A DNA stretch of 51,241 nt, filler included, from Sphacelaria rigidula (lineage: Eukaryota): assembly GCA_964200075.2 (NCBI GenBank). It is 2 parts of 2 records of this genome, joined end to end, with 100 filler letters (N's around TTAATTAATTAA, not from the genome) between each part and the next. Parts side by side here need not be neighbours in the genome. Positions count along the whole stretch, not along the records: positions 1 to 25,586 come from CAXNAA020000161.1; positions 25,687 to 51,241 come from CAXNAA020000162.1. One strand, given 5' to 3'. Both the position numbers and the translations under genes were made by a program. Shown here one piece after another: positions 22,534 through 36,858 of the stretch. How positions within the stretch are numbered: position 1 is the first letter of the stretch; each line of letters starts with the position of its first letter. The notes under the pieces are model-generated. The model made no database searches. It had not been told where the DNA came from and worked only from the letters and a program-made list of their open reading frames with translations.

Positions 22534-25500
22534 AAAAATAGAGCTAAATGATGAAAGGGACTACACTGCGGTTCAGAAAAAATGTGTAAAGAAAAAAAAA
22601 CAGATTTTTTTTTTTTGTCTAATCGAAGATTGTTTCTTTGCCACGTGAGAGAAAGGAAGAGGTCGAGAGATTGAGAGAAGGCGAGCAACGCTGGTTGATG
22701 GAAGAGTCAAGTGATCTCTTGATCTTTTGAGAAGGACGCAAGAAAATCCCCTTTCATTTTGGAGTGATGGGAAGGAGGGGGGGCGGGGGTCAGTGTGGGG
22801 TGGAAGAGAAAACCCCGCACGTCCGATGGATTGAACCACCAAACAGGAAATTTCTGTGTTTGACATCCGCCGCACAGAGCGCGCGATCTAGTCGGTATAG
22901 AACTCCGTAGCCAACACGCGTACCACGATCCTGGAATGAAACGGAGGGCTGGACCGTTTATTTGTACCGAGTGGTTCTCACGATAGCATACGCCGGTCTT
23001 GAACATGTTTTAAAATACCATGCGGAGGCCTGTATTATCACTAGTTTTGTTTTGGTCTGTCGCATGTGTGGGGAAGAACGCAAGTTTGACTTTTTTCTGT
23101 GATAAACAACTACTCCAAGGCTGCTGGAATCACTGTAACAGGTCGAAAACTAAACAACTGTGCTTTCTTTCTCCCCAGTGTCGGAGACAGCTGATGGGAA
23201 TGATTCATAAAATTAGTAACAGGAGAGGAAGAGATCGCAGTGGTGAGACAGAACAAAAGCTGGCGAGAATAGCGAAAAATTCGAATTCTGTTTTTTATTT
23301 TTGCCCGTGATGGGGGTCCGGTTCTCAACAGAAACGCCCCAAACAATTTCGAAATACCAGGTATGTTGGATAACGGAAATTTTCAAGGCGAACAAGCAAG
23401 AGCTTGTGTCTAAAATGAATTTTAAAGAACAGGAGAACGACTAATCATGGCCATGTATTTTTGTTCCATAGTGAACTGGTGGAGTACAGTACGGGAGCAA
23501 GTGGGCATTTCGTGTCGAGATTGCTCCCCTGCCGGCTGGCTGCTTCTGCTTGATGCTTGAAAGAAATTGCCCGTGATTTGTCTCCATTCCCTCTTTTCTT
23601 CCTTTTATTTTTTTTTTCTTCATATGTATTTCGTGTTGGATTTTCGTGCGAACATGTATGTGTTGCGTCGATGTGTGTGTTTGTGCATGTGTATGTCTTC
23701 TGCTTTTGGTCCATGTGTCGGAGCTTGCTTGATCCACTTTTTGTCCGTCGTGTGCATTTTTTTTTATCTCCTTCGACCACGGTAAAAACAATAAATGCAA
23801 CACTAACATAGATTGTAGCCACGGCGAAGAGAGAGGAGGAGAGAGCAAAATGTGCCTCATTGTGGTCTGGTAATGGCACAGGGGAGGAGTCGTGTGTTTT
23901 GCTATGTGGTAAGTCATGCGAAATTGATGACGTTTTGGTATTGGGTTGGTCTGAGCGGGCTCGACTCGACAGGAATCCTGCAGCCCCCGTGTTCGGTCGA
24001 TGTCGAGGTTGATTGGCCTATTGAACGGGATGGGACAAGAAGAGCGGAGATGGACGAGGGGTAGCGGGGTGGGCGGGTGTGCGCGTGAGGGCAGAGAGGA
24101 TTTAGTGGACAGGGCGCGTTTGATTGACAAGAACGCTGCCTGTAGAGCAGCACGCAAGCAGCCAGCTATGCACCATCCACTGTCGAGCGCATATAAGTGT
24201 AAAGCTCAGGATTTTGTAGAGTAAGATGGTTCGGTGCTGCTGCACATGCTTCTTTTTTTTTCGAGAAGACTAGAAGGGAGAAAATCATCCCATGCGTGTG
24301 AGTGAAAATGGAACGTTTTTGGAAGTCATCACTGCTACTACTTGGAAGAACGAGATTTCGTTTCTTTTGGGGGCTGCAAACTATTTGTGATGAACGAATG
24401 CTGCGAAGGTTTTGAGAACCATGGATGATATCTGTTCTTCCTTCGAGGCCCTTAGGGCTGCAAAGGCTTCTACTGAACCTAAATTAAAACAAGTGTGCTG
24501 TCCTACCCTGTACGTCCGAGCCTTGTTACGAAGCTCAAAGCCACGCACTTTTTTCCCCCGAATTGGTCCGAAGCCGCGCTGTGCGAAAAAACCATCCCAT
24601 CGCTCTTCTAACGTCAATCGAGACGCCCTCAACAAGTTTCAGCTTTATTGGTGCTTATGGCGTTGTGTTCCGCTGCCGTTGGTGGGCGCACTCGAGGACA
24701 CTCCCAATCTAACCCCTTTTGACCAGCGCAAGTCTTGATTGAACTTCTCAATCTTGACTATCGCAGCATTAATCGGGACACTTTTGAAGTTTGGAGACAT
24801 CGCACGCAGCAACCGGCTCTCCGAGTCACTTCGAACACTCTCAAGGTTCAGCTTCATTGCTACTTTCTTCGTTGTCTTCGCTTGTGCGTGCCGACGCCGT
24901 CCGTGGCTGAGGTGGAGGGGGTGTTGAAGTATGTGGTCGACGTCCACCGCCTTACGCCGACCCGATCATTCTGGGGGCATCTCAGTCAGAGCTATAGGCC
25001 GTCGGACACGCGATTGATCTGATCTAATCTCGGTTTCCACGTGGACAAACGGCGAGCGTACGGCTTCCCCTCATCGAAGAGTACGAGGGCGGTAAAGACG
25101 TTCACTGTTCGCTACCAACCCTACTACGAGCGAGCTCAAAGCGGGTTGTTTTGCCCGGAGAGCGAATAGGTCAGATAACAAGGATGGACCGACCCCAAAA
25201 TCGACCTAAGCAGGAGCGACAAGAAAGTGAGCCTGGCTGCAATCAAATCTGCAAGGATTTCGCATCTTCTGTTGTCATCGCTATCTGTGTTGGTGTCTCC
25301 CGTCTTTCTGTTGCGGATCACGGCGTGGCGTGGACTATGAACAACACAAATTCTGTTTGTATCATGGTGCTTCCAACCGGGACTATTGTGTCGTATCATA
25401 TCATCTGCGGTGTAGTCACACCCTCGGAAAGGTACCACACTGCAGGAGGATATTCGTAGCAGCGGCTGAGAAATTCGATTTTTCATATGAAATAAGAACA

Positions 25501-25586
25501 CGGTGCAATCTCAACAGTGTTTTCGTGAGATTGAGAGTAGATGATACAATTGAGAGTGGCTTTGATCATTCGCTTTAAGTGAGTCA

Positions 25587-25686
25587 NNNNNNNNNNNNNN
25601 NNNNNNNNNNNNNNNNNNNNNNNNNNNNNNTTAATTAATTAANNNNNNNNNNNNNNNNNNNNNNNNNNNNNNNNNNNNNNNNNNNN
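25587..25686. other. Assembly gap with synthetic linker
   Basis: 44 N + TTAATTAATTAA + 44 N (100 nt); the linker has stops in all six frames. Confidence 0.95.
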
Positions 25687-27249
25687 TCGAATCAATTACA
25701 CTAAACCAAGTAATTTCCAGACGAACCATTGATTTGTCTGACCCTTGCATTTATTTATGTTCGCTGTCACGCCGGTAGCCTGGACGCATTACCCCGCGAA
25801 ATGCACACACCCTATACTTCCTATTGTACATCACACGCATCAACCCCATTGTTTCCGGCAACATCCGGCACGCACCCCACCATGGACTGGTGGAATGGCT
25901 CTCATGTACGGGACGAGGCTCGTCGTCTTCGTACGAGGTGGTGGCTAGAGGGGCAAATAATCAAATAATTGAAATAACTGGCGGTAAAGATGCTGTTCGG
26001 TGGGATGACTTTCAGATTTTGCTCTAAATGGTGGCATTGCCAACACCATTCCGACGTGTTGATTTGTTTTCAAGTTGCGTTGCAGGAGAAGGCGTTGAGA
26101 AGGAATCTTCCTTATTTCTGGAGACGTCGGAAAAGTGAGTTATTTGGAAAAGCTCTGCAGGTGAGTTATGCCAGCACAGACAGGTGGCCGTCAGCATGGG
26201 CGAATATGAGGCTGCAGACGGGTGAGGTGTGTCATCAATATATCAATATATATCAATATATATATATATATATATAAACTGGATTATGAACATCTTGATG
26301 GCAGCGCGGGGCCTTGGTGATGAATATAATTGAGGTTGGGTGTGTTCATTCCGGGTGATCTGCCCCATGAACATGTGTACTGCAGGTAGGTGAGGATCAC
26401 TCTGCTCAGGATGTAAGAGTTGGGGTGTTCCCGACAGCGCAAGACGGGCTACATTGCTTGTACAGGCTTGGTGGACGGGAGTAGGCAGCTAGGACAACCT
26501 ATTCGCTAAAATATCGCGGGTTTGATGCTCATCTAGCCTCAGCCTACTAAATGGCACAGAGTGATTCAAGACTTTGAGGCGCAATTCGTCTTTCAATACT
26601 GCAGGGTCAACGATCAGGTACTCAATAAATAGATCCGAACGACCTCTCAGACCCGCCGTTGCACTGTGCATCCGTTTTTCTGCGTAACGAACATACTGGA
26701 CGTGGGTGTTGTAGTCCATCGTGAGTGCGCTTTGGGTGATCGATATTGCTTGAAATTCGAATATCGAAGCGACCCGTGGGTCTCCGGACCGATGACTCAA
26801 CTTGAGATGGGGAGCGTGACATATTCTCAGCAATGCAACATATCCCCTGAAGGGTGAACACTCAGGTGCTGGGGCAAGTGCGGCATGAAGAAGGGCAGAC
26901 AGGTTAAGAGCCTGAGAACGACATGTTCTCCAACTATGAAGATGCAGCTATCTCTCGACTATTGACCGCAGCGTGATGTTCCGTTCGATTCCAAGAAAAG
27001 GGTAACGCTTTGATGACTGCCGCTGGCCCATGCTTCGTAAGGAGCCCCCTACCCCGAGCACTCTCCCAGCTGACATTCCCACATATTACTGTATTTTGAC
27101 GGCAACTAGGCAAACTAGGCAAACGTCGCTTTTGTTTCGAGCGTACTGTCGCTCTCCAAGCCACCAGCAATAAATGGGCTTTACGAGAATCTTCCTACAA
27201 AGTATCTCGAGCGAGGGAAAGGTTCAAAACATGAAAAAAAAAAATGAAA

Positions 27250-27375
27250 TCACTCCTCGTCCTCGTCCTCTTCCTCCTCGTCCTCGTCCTCATCATCGTC
27301 AGATGCTTCAGCGAAGAGGAAAACTGGATCTGATGGGTGGTCGTGGTGCATATGGTCCCACGGGTGCTCCAAACC
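27250..27375 (-). CDS. NDUFB2: NDUFB2/AGGG-like, exon 2 (terminal)
   Basis: TTCTCTGCAG| acceptor; GLEHPWDHMHHDHPSDPVFLFAEASDDDEDEDEEEEDEDEE, TGA; in frame with exon 1 (total 131 aa). Confidence 0.85.
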   Translation of the reverse strand, partial: GLEHPWDHMHHDHPSDPVFLFAEASDDDEDEDEEEEDEDEE

Positions 27376-28264
27376 CTGCAGAGAAGTAACACGTCGCGCA
27401 GAAAGGGTGCGGGTTACAGCGTCACTGTGATGTGTACGATACATGCGGCCGATTTGTAAAACATCAGCGTGTACGTGTAATAATACTGACACAGCTGGAT
27501 TTGTAGCGGGGTGAGTGCATGTACGACCATCATCAATCGATCCATCACTACAGGTGATAACTTTTGGACGCGGAAGATCGCTCAGTTGAAACTACTTTCC
27601 CTACAAACTGGTTGTAGTCATGTTCTCGTTGCTTGGACTTTCTCCTATTCGAGTAGTATGTCTCTTCTAGCGCGGGGATGTACCATCTGCAGCTGGCCAC
27701 CGCAGCGATGTGTCCTTCACCTCTCACCAAAGGAGTGATACTTGCACGCGTGGTTGTCCGCAAATCTTCCATATTTCGATCGCGGTTTGAAAAAATGGCT
27801 GATGCGACAGTGAAAAAAAAGCTGATTCGCGGCCTCTGAGTCGTCCATCTCACGTCTTGTTGCGCAATGAGGTGCGAGTCCTGGAAGCTAAGCCACGATT
27901 CTCATGACAATGAAAAGGGCCGCAAAGGGTTTCCTTAGCGCAACAACGTTTTCGTCGCTCCACAGGTAGAGCGATCATGCCTCAGCGGACGATCATTCCT
28001 CCCTGCTACGCCAAACGCCAAGAACGGCTTTTGATGGGAGTATTGTGATACGCGCTTGAAAAAATTCATTACGAGCTTTCCAATCTAGGTTTTCTCGAGG
28101 GATATGAACAGACACAAAGGACGAGAGACAGGGACAACGATATAGACAGCTTCAGCTTCCCGAAATGGTCGTTTGAATATCACTCACTAGCTGGATCTTG
28201 GTAAAATCGGTGGGTGCACTATACTGTACTGTACAAAGGTGCCGAGGATACCCGAAGATCATAA

Positions 28265-28710
28265 GGAGGGGGCGTACACATTTGTCGCTTGCCCTAGTCA
28301 TTTGACCATGACCACCCATCCCGGTCAAGATGGAGCACCGTTCCTACTCCCAACACAGACACCTCCAACATTTGGGCGCTCGTTATGTTTCCCCCATACA
28401 TTACACAAGAGCCTTATATACATCCAATCCCCGTTCTGTTTCGCCGTGTGTGGTCAACATTTACCTTCTTGTATAACGATCGTCTTTTCGTTTCTATTTT
28501 ATATACCAAAACGATTTCATGTTACATTCATTTAGTTCCTCAATCTTCTCTGACATACCCCGTCCCTTCCTGAATAGTTCACATTCTACTCCTATACGAG
28601 TTACCTCTATTTTCCCGCCACAAGGCAAATTCTGTGCATCTATTTTCTCCTTCACCCAACTACTGGTATACCCCGTTCTTCTTTCCGCCAGGTTAAGGTC
28701 CCCCACCCGA
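28265..28710 (-). mobile_element. 5'-truncated LINE 3' end, same poly(C)-tailed family, in the NDUFB2 intron
   Basis: RVGDLNLAERRTGYTSS...PCGGKIEVTRIGVECELF (decayed zinc-knuckle-like C-terminus), ending ...GGTCAAATGACTAGGGCAAGCGACAAATGTGTACGCCCCCTCC. Confidence 0.75.
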
Positions 28711-29510
28711 GATGTAATGTCATAGACAGGGGGGTGCTCATGTCTAGCCTGCAAAAGTGGAACATGTGACCGCGGGGTCAAGTCCTCGAGGGGTGAAATG
28801 TTCCCGATGTACAACGCTCGCCCAAGGCCAATATTTCCTTCCTGCTCCAAGCCGGTGCTTCTGCTGAGCCGAGCCATTGATGTGCAGAATCGCTAGTTAT
28901 CAACTCTGATTGATTCGCGAGTTGGTCGATTAATCGCAACAAATCTGTTCTCTTGATCGCTCAATGTGTACATCATAACGCTCGACTGACGCCGAGGCCA
29001 CCATTAGACACGGTATCCATGACGTTGTTCTATCGAGAGCTCTTGTGCGAGCGACCAAGAAGCCGAATTGGCCTAGAGTTTCGAAAGATGAACTGTTTGC
29101 GTTTCATCACGAAAAAATTGGTTTCATATCCTCGAACAACAACTGTTGTCAACAGCAGCTACCTGTCCACGTGTCAATTTAAAAATAATAAGTCACTCCA
29201 AGAACTCCCGGCTGAAGCGGTGCAGTACCGTGCAGTGCAGCACAAAACAATACATTGGGTTTCGTTTCAAGGTGAAAAAAGCACCTTGACCTTTTTGGAA
29301 CCCACTGACGATTTTTTCTGTGAATCGGAATCATTTTCAGTCATTTTCCAGTCAAAATGATGCCGATTCACAAAAACAAAAATCGTCGACGGGTTCCCAA
29401 AGGGTGAACACGGGGCGTCTGTGTTCCATTCTACAACATGTCGTTTAATACCGCAGCACGTAACCTTTGACCCATCCCTCCAGAGTAAACAAAAGAGAAA
29501 TTCGACTCAC

Positions 29511-29780
29511 AAGCAGCGTCGCTCCATCCTCTGTTGCTCGATAAATCATCCACCCAAACGCCAGCACGCAGTACGCAGTGGCCAAGTTCTGGTGAATGGG
29601 CTTTACATCCGTAATGGGCACGTGTTCGTGTGGTAACCCGATGTGCCTAGCATGCCCGCCCATCCTCCTTCGTGCACCGCCGGCTGAAGGCGGTGCTCTA
29701 GCAGCTCTCGTAGCAGGGCCCGCGACGGCACGGGCTGCCCGCGTCGCCGATGGTAACCCGCGCATCAAGTTCAGCGCCAT
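29511..29780 (-). CDS. NDUFB2: Mitochondrial complex I subunit NDUFB2/AGGG-like, exon 1 of 2
   Basis: MALNLMRGLPSATRAARAVAG...RRRMGGH (Arg/Ala-rich presequence-like), then HQNLATAYCVLAFGWMIYRATEDGATLL, donor |GTGAGT (phase 0). Matches the plant/algal AGGG pattern GGH...W-x-x-YRA-x-x-DG-x-x-x-x-G-x-x-HPW. Confidence 0.85.
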
Positions 29781-32700
29781 TGACTTTGAGACGACCCAGG
29801 CCTCTGGGCTTCGGGCTGTTTCTTCTGCGGGTTTCGGGTCGACGGGACATGGAGAAGCAGGGAGAGGGGCTTTGTGCTGTAATAAATACGACAGAGGCAC
29901 ATGGGGCTGAAAAATACATAAACGCGAACCAAACCCGGTAGACGCAGTCGTGTGTGTAAAAAGCGCCGTGAAGCCTGTCAAGATTCAGAGTTCGTTGAAC
30001 AAAAGTGGCTCAACATCACACGGGGTTCGTATTTCATCTACATGGTTGGGATATGTGCACCCAACATGAAACCGAGTGAACGATAATATCTCGTTTCACT
30101 TGGCAAAAATCAGCCCAATTCGTCTACTTAATTATGTGTCGTTGTTTCGGACGGCAACCACATGGTGCTCAACCTTGTTTCGTGAAAAATAGTCATGGTA
30201 CTAGGAGTTGAGATAATCTTTGTCGTGTAATTATCATACCAAGATGAGTCTCTCCAGAGATTTTACACCTTAACCGCGCCGTAACCTGCATACCATAAGA
30301 CAAATACATGCACTCAGCGACCAACAGAGCGTGTGTACACCGGCAGTACGCTGTTGATGCGAACAAGTAAGATGGATATTTTCGAAGTCAGGTGGTGACA
30401 TGTGTGCAGGTCGTGGCCGGAACTTTTCGCAATCGATCGTCCATGTGTGCATGTGACGCGGTGTGTGCGGAGAGTAGCGAACCTGTCTGCTCTGTACATA
30501 CCTCATCAACGCATGAAAAAAATGACAACAAGGGCACGCTGCAATGCCACGTACCAACGCACATGCCGCTAGGTAAGCAACAAATTGAAAATATGTGAGA
30601 CACGGGACACTTGAGACGGTAGCCTGCAATGCTGCACGAGGTAGGCAACAAAACGTTTGGTACGCCTTGGCATTTATGCCAACTCTTTCCGCACCCACAG
30701 ATGTACACCTGACTCTTATGGTCACTTTTCGAGTGAAGCTGTGGCCGATTCGACGGGTCAACATCCCTGGGTTGTCAATTTGCTAATTCTCACGGAGATA
30801 GCAACCGCGGAGTAATAATGTACCAAGGCCCACTATTATCGACACCGTTTTCCGCTAAAAATGTCCGATTTTCTCGGACTTTTCGGACTCTGCGTTCAGA
30901 CTTCTCCGAACACAATGCAGCTTGACTTTTTCTCCGACGCCCCATTTCTTGGAGAAGTCCCAAAATTCGGGCTGGAAAGCAAAATTTTGGAGCGCGACAA
31001 GCCTGTCTGTACGCCTTGAAGCTTGCAACGTTCGGGAGTCATATGTACCTTGCCAATCCCGAATTTTTCGGACATAAACGACGAATACACAGTGTTGATA
31101 ATTGTGGGCCCACGTCGCAAAAACAATCGGAAACTCTGACATATTTCTTGTCCACAGGGACCATGCACTATCAACACACTGGCAGCGAGCATTTCCCCTG
31201 TTTCGGCTTCCCATCATAGCTTCTTCAGTGCCACGAACATACAGTACTTGGAATTAAACGCCCAGGGGCGGTTACCTTGGGGTGGTATTCAACGTACGCC
31301 CTTGTTACGCAGCAACGCGGGCCTTCGAATACCGAAAGTATGACAGGGGTTGGGCTGGGGGGGGCTAGGGTATACTGCACCATCATGTTATATTATCTCA
31401 CCCCGGTACTACCCCTTCATGACAACTGCGTCCATTGGTTTGAACAGAGTGCGGCGATTTTCCAGTTCCCGTGGGCAACACACTCGACGAGTACGGTGTG
31501 TTTCCGTCTGGCAACTCAGGTCTTTTGGCGAAGGGTGTGAGGGCAATTCGCGAATGCGGATTGGGCTACTGTAGACGCCTATGCCTGTATCCTTTTGGGA
31601 TGAGCTCAACCCTGCTACTGTTGATGGCAATCTTATCACGAAAGACACTACCGCCAACACTCTATTTCACCATCTTCCAGTATCAGGTGAGTGTGTGGAG
31701 TGTGTCTTCTCGACAGAACGTCGATAGGGCGTCGCAGCGCACGCTGAGCCCCAATAGACGCAGGCCACGACGGCGAGCACACAACGTCGTACCGGAAACA
31801 TTCTTCAACGTGGCTTTTCTCGGCAAATATGACGTCAGTGAAAACCTCGGAAAGACCCCGTCAAGCTTCCATCTACATTCATAGTTCTCAAGGGTTCGAG
31901 GTATTTCGCCTCGAGAACGTGGAAAGTGCAAAACAAGGAATCGCGGGGGGTGTTGTACCCCGTCACATGGAGTAGGCCTGCGACAATCTGTAATGGGTCA
32001 GAGTAGAGTGCAATATATCCAACGAATCAAAGGCGCACTCCCACTCAATAGCACCAGTTTTGAAAGCACCGCATCCCCATTCCTGACCATTTGCGTGCAC
32101 CATACCTGTGCTTGAAGCTTGCCAGGAGCTATGTGACCTCCTCAGGTAAAAATGGTACCCCGAGCGTTCTCCTTTTCAGTTGTTACTTTTGTCTTTACTC
32201 AGACCCGTCGTCCAGAGTAAACGTATCTATCCCCATTTTGTCGAGGTTCTGATCCAATCGGCAATGCCCAGGAATATTTAGAACATACACATGCACTTGA
32301 AACTGCAGAATATGCCCTGAATCCACCCCGACCCCAGCACACTGAGCTTATTCGTGGTATTTCGGAAAATAATGAGATACAGAAAGGGGGGCATGCGGGG
32401 TAACTTGAAAAAATGAAACCGTCACCAGATCATGTTTTGACCGGATGGTACGGCACAACTGGAGATATAGCTTGGCATCGCTGGCATACTTGTGTGTCTC
32501 GACGACGCGTGCATGACTACCCGAAAATAGTTCCTTTCTGCCCCGAACTCAGCGCCACTTTACTGTACCATCGTACTGGACAGTATTGTGTAGTGCAACG
32601 GTGGCCTTCACTGCAAGCAAACGCGGCAATAGATCCGTGCAGTACCTTACAGTACTGCGCGTGTACTGTTTGTTCCCTACTGTACAAGACCGTAGAGCTC

Positions 32701-34613
32701 GCTTTTGGCCTGCGGACGTTCGAGCTCTCGGTGACGAGAAGTGGTCGACCAAAACGCGACTATTCAAAGCTCGTACGCGGTGCATTTTCGGTAGAAAGTT
32801 GACAGCTACCAGCGGGTCGAAGTATAGGCAGTCCACTCGTGTGCATCAATTATTGGAAGAGCGACGCGACAAGGGTACATCTCCATTCATTGGTTGCGTC
32901 AGGTAAGAGAAACAGTCGTGCTAAACCGCCCTCTCTCGAGACTACATCAGTACAACCGTTCAGTAATAGCTCAACACCACGATACCACAACACAGCTTAG
33001 CTGTTCGTTGCCAGATGACTCCAACCTACACCGTTTTCAATTATCACGGTCCTGACGTGCTGCCTATCGCTACCGCTGAGAAAAATACGAAGGTGCATTG
33101 CGCTGCTGTAGAGAAGACCATGTTTTAGCACCCGCTTCTCAATTATTTTCCATCCTCTCGCTTTGCCATGGGTGCATGCGGAAGCGGATTTAAACATTCA
33201 GCAGGTCACGACGAAACATTGCGTTGTGCGCGATCATGTTCCTTCTCTGCAAAGCTAGCCGCACGTTACCGGCGAACTTTGCGAACACTGTAACTTTTTG
33301 GACCTGCGGTGAACGCCGCCAGCGTGCCCGCAGAACAGTGGAGAATCGCTGTGGCGTGTCCGGTGCCAAAGACACACTTACTTGGTGGGCAGCAAAGGAT
33401 ATACATACAGCCAGCTCTAGCGGTCAGAATTACTCCAGCTAAGCGCAAGCTCCCCCCCAGTCGCCATCCAGCTATTCCTCCCACCATTCCTAAGTATGGA
33501 AATTCGGCATTCCCGATAGCAAGCACTGTAGCTCGTATCATGCAGCTTGGGATATTCACAGCCCCAACACTGCATGCAGATATTATTCGCTGTTGTTCTT
33601 GGGGGCGATCGTGATGCTTTGAGCCCTTGCGTTGCTTCCATTACAGCATGTGATGGGATGTAGAGTTTATGACGATGCCATGTGGATATATTAATACGTG
33701 GAAAATGGAAAGATAGACGGGAAGTTCCCAAAGATATCACCTCTGGCCACCAGGGTTGAAAACTTGGGTCTCACTGCCATTTTCTCATTTGAATATAATG
33801 CCGATTCAATTGATAGGCCGACCCTGATGGTAAAAAAGTCGAGGTTTCCAGTTTCCGCCGTCCGGAAACATGTGACATGAGACTTGGCAAAGTGATTCGA
33901 AGAACACCGACGATTTGTGGGAGCGGTGGTCCAGTGCTCAATAGTACAGAAGAATATTGCAAGTCAAGCACCGGGAGAGAGAGAAGGTCTCGTCTCGAGG
34001 AAGGGAGAGGCTTTAAAATACAACACCATATCAATCAGGGCAGGGGAAACGTAGTACGTTGCTCGGAAACCATTCGGTACACGCGCAAGACACCACAATA
34101 ATGGAAGGCAAATATACATCAATACCATCACGCTGGAGGGGGGAATCATCAGGTGAAACTCGGAGCCCGTTATCGGTGTGGGAAAGTGTCGAAAATTCCG
34201 GGGCTGTAAGCACTCGTTTTTACTTACCTAGTGACTTATTTTTCCAAAACAAGGCATGTTTGAAGCATACTTCGAGAACGCCACAGATTGGCGCGGGTGA
34301 TGTTCGTCCGATAGCCTCGTCCGACAGCATCGTCCGGACGGTTCGCCGCACTCCACTACTGTACATACGATGATGTTTTCCACCGCCTCGCTAGTGGCCT
34401 TGACAAAGTCGATCGCCATTCAAGACCTCAGGTATTTGAGAGAAAAAAATCATTGTGATGCATATTTCTCGCAGCATGGACGGAATGATAGGTAAATTGG
34501 GGTTAGGGATTGATGGTTGATATGGCTCCCATAAATATAAAATTAACATATTTTCAAAAGAATCAGCCGGTTTGTACCCTTCCAAGAGGATGCTTTTTTT
34601 CTTTCTCTCACAC

Positions 34614-34917
34614 TTTGAACCCCTCCCCTTCCTCGGGATGAGTCCGTGGTCAGTCCGTGGTCTCAAGGGATCAACCCATCTCTCCCCCGGTACGTGCCTT
34701 TCATTCTGGTCTCGCGGATTGGGTCAGCACTCCCGCACCGCGTCAACTCACGTCACACAAACTCAGTCGACTACTTTGTTTGCTCACGCTGTCACGCTTT
34801 CCACGGTAGAAATCATACATCACGAAGAAAAAACCCAACGCATTGGGAATCGAACCCCCGTTCTCTCCACCCTGATTAAATGGCGACAGTCGGACCATTC
34901 CACCACCGGGGCGCGGC
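34614..34917 (-). mobile_element. tRNA-derived SINE, family 2
   Basis: Head GCCGCGCCCCGGTGGTGGAATGG (A box) and GGTTCGATTC (B box); body shared with 40257-40558 and 13423-13793. Confidence 0.78.
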
Positions 34918-35529
34918 AGACTGAGCCTCCAAATTGACGTTTGTCCACTGCGGCCGGCATCTGTAAATCTTGCTCCATCCAGGTAGGCCCATATGTGTTT
35001 TAACATGCACTGTAATGACCATCTCAAACTTAATCCGCAGTAGTTATACGCACAGTAGGATAAAATTGTGTACATTGCATTTGGTTGATGATGAGTTGAG
35101 AGAATAACTTCAGGTTGGGTCCCACTACTCGACCCCGCAAATGTTTCTTGCGCGGTAGGACGGCCAGCATAAAAAATAACACAGCAAACGGGTTCTATGC
35201 CAACCGTATAGCTAGCCTGGAATGTGCTGCCCGCTCTGATCGGTCGTTCAACAAGTTTCATTTCCTCGCGCTATCCTGGAATACAAGATACGAGGTGGTG
35301 GTGGTGGTATCCGACGGTGGGGACTTGTTTAAAAAACAAAGACGCCCGAATTCTTGCTTCACTGCCCTGAATTATTGGTGAGCGTGTAGCTGACGTCAAG
35401 GTGGGCACGACTATGCCTGCTGCGGCTCCTAATGCATCGCTGTTCAAATGTGATGGCCGAAAATACTATATATATATATTTGCAGTAATCCATGGGATTT
35501 TCAAGCCATTGGGACTGCACTATATCTTG

Positions 35530-36040
35530 GGGTTTCTCACACGAGGTTTGAAAGTTGAGACCGGGAATTAGGAGAGGTACGGGTTAGCAGTTTGAAGTCC
35601 ATCAATAGTGTGTGTGTTGTCGTCCCATCTGTTCTGGACGCCGGTCTACACCTTTCAGTATATGTGGGCGCACCAGCCGGGGTCACACAGGAGGAAGGGC
35701 GACATATACATATTTTACTTTCTTGTTCGTTATTAGTAATTCACGTTCCTTCTGCGGTGCTTGCCTTTGTTTTTTATCGCGAGAGTAGTTCAGCAGTCGC
35801 TTTCCCTCGTCGACCGTCTGGTCGAATCTTGTGTACCCACGACATAGTCGCTCTCCACTGTGTGTGTTTTTTTATTCCAGAGAAAATGGCGGATCTTATT
35901 GTCGGGAATCCAATCAAATTAACCAGACTCAAGAAAGGTACGAAAATCAAGCGGACGGACTAGTCTGACCTTCAAATTGTTGATGTGCACCGCTCTCCAG
36001 ACGTTCCGGTCTCAACTCTCGAAATTCCCTTGGGGAATCG
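35530..36040. mobile_element. Decayed MITE-like inverted repeat interrupted by SINE family 1
   Basis: GAAAGTTGAGACCGGGAA...GGAGAG...TTTGAAG (35550-35597) mirrors CTTCAAA...CTCTCC...TTCCGGTCTCAACTCTC (35970-36020). Confidence 0.55.
35607..35860 (-). mobile_element. SINE family 1, headless copy
   Basis: Colinear with 4244-4495 (GTGTGTTGTCGTCCCA...GGACGCC...TTCAGCAGTCGCTTTCCCTCGTCGACC...GTCGCTCTCCACTG). Confidence 0.8.
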
Positions 36041-36858
36041 CGGGCAACATCTTCCGGGATCAAGTAGTGAGACCCGGCCTGTAGTAGCCTAAGTGGGTAA
36101 CTCAGGATAACGATACCCCACACAACATCTTATCATTTTACACATGCATATTCAAACTCGATGTGGAGAAACTCTATCCGGTCGCGCTTGGAAAGGACAA
36201 ATGAGTGCTGTAAAATGCGGGTGGGTGATATGAAGCTGTAACGGCACGTTGAACGTTGAAACTGCTTCCACGACGAAGGCTCCAAGAGAACATCGATGAT
36301 CACTCCATTCAGCACCATTCAGCTGACGTCCAATACAATCAGATGTTGGGGGGAATATAACCTGCAAATACGGCAGCGACAGCGACAGCGATAGCGACAG
36401 CGACAGCTTCGTCCGCGCTACAGACATTACACCTTGATCGAACTTGAGGGTTAACAGCACGAAACGCTGCATTTATCAAGGCCACCAGGTGGTGCACGGT
36501 ACAACGTCCTCCATAGGCTCCGATTCTTGCTCCGACGGTAACTTGCGAGTTGTGGTCACCTTGGCGACCCCACGAAACCCTTCTTTCTATCGGATATTCG
36601 GCAGCATAAGTTGAAAATTGAACTGGCAGAAGCCGCGGAGAATCCATCCCATCGCTTCGGGGGTGAAGGCGATGCTAGGACAAGCGTCGCGGTTTTCATT
36701 AAGCGTTTTGATTTTGGCAAAGCAAGTGATGTGCACTACAGACATACAAAGAGTTAAGGATGGACCCCCCCCCCCCCCCCCTCCGCGCGCGCCCCCACCC
36801 GTTCACGTGTGCACCACATCCCTCTTTTTATCTTATTATTGCCACGTCCACATCAGAC

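Noticed and set aside
23441-24157. 238-aa minus ORF and most other track ORFs
   Set aside because: Non-ATG starts, low complexity, no recognisable motifs or splice support.
25631-25642. TTAATTAATTAA palindrome as a biological motif
   Set aside because: Centred in a symmetric N gap; a synthetic scaffold linker.
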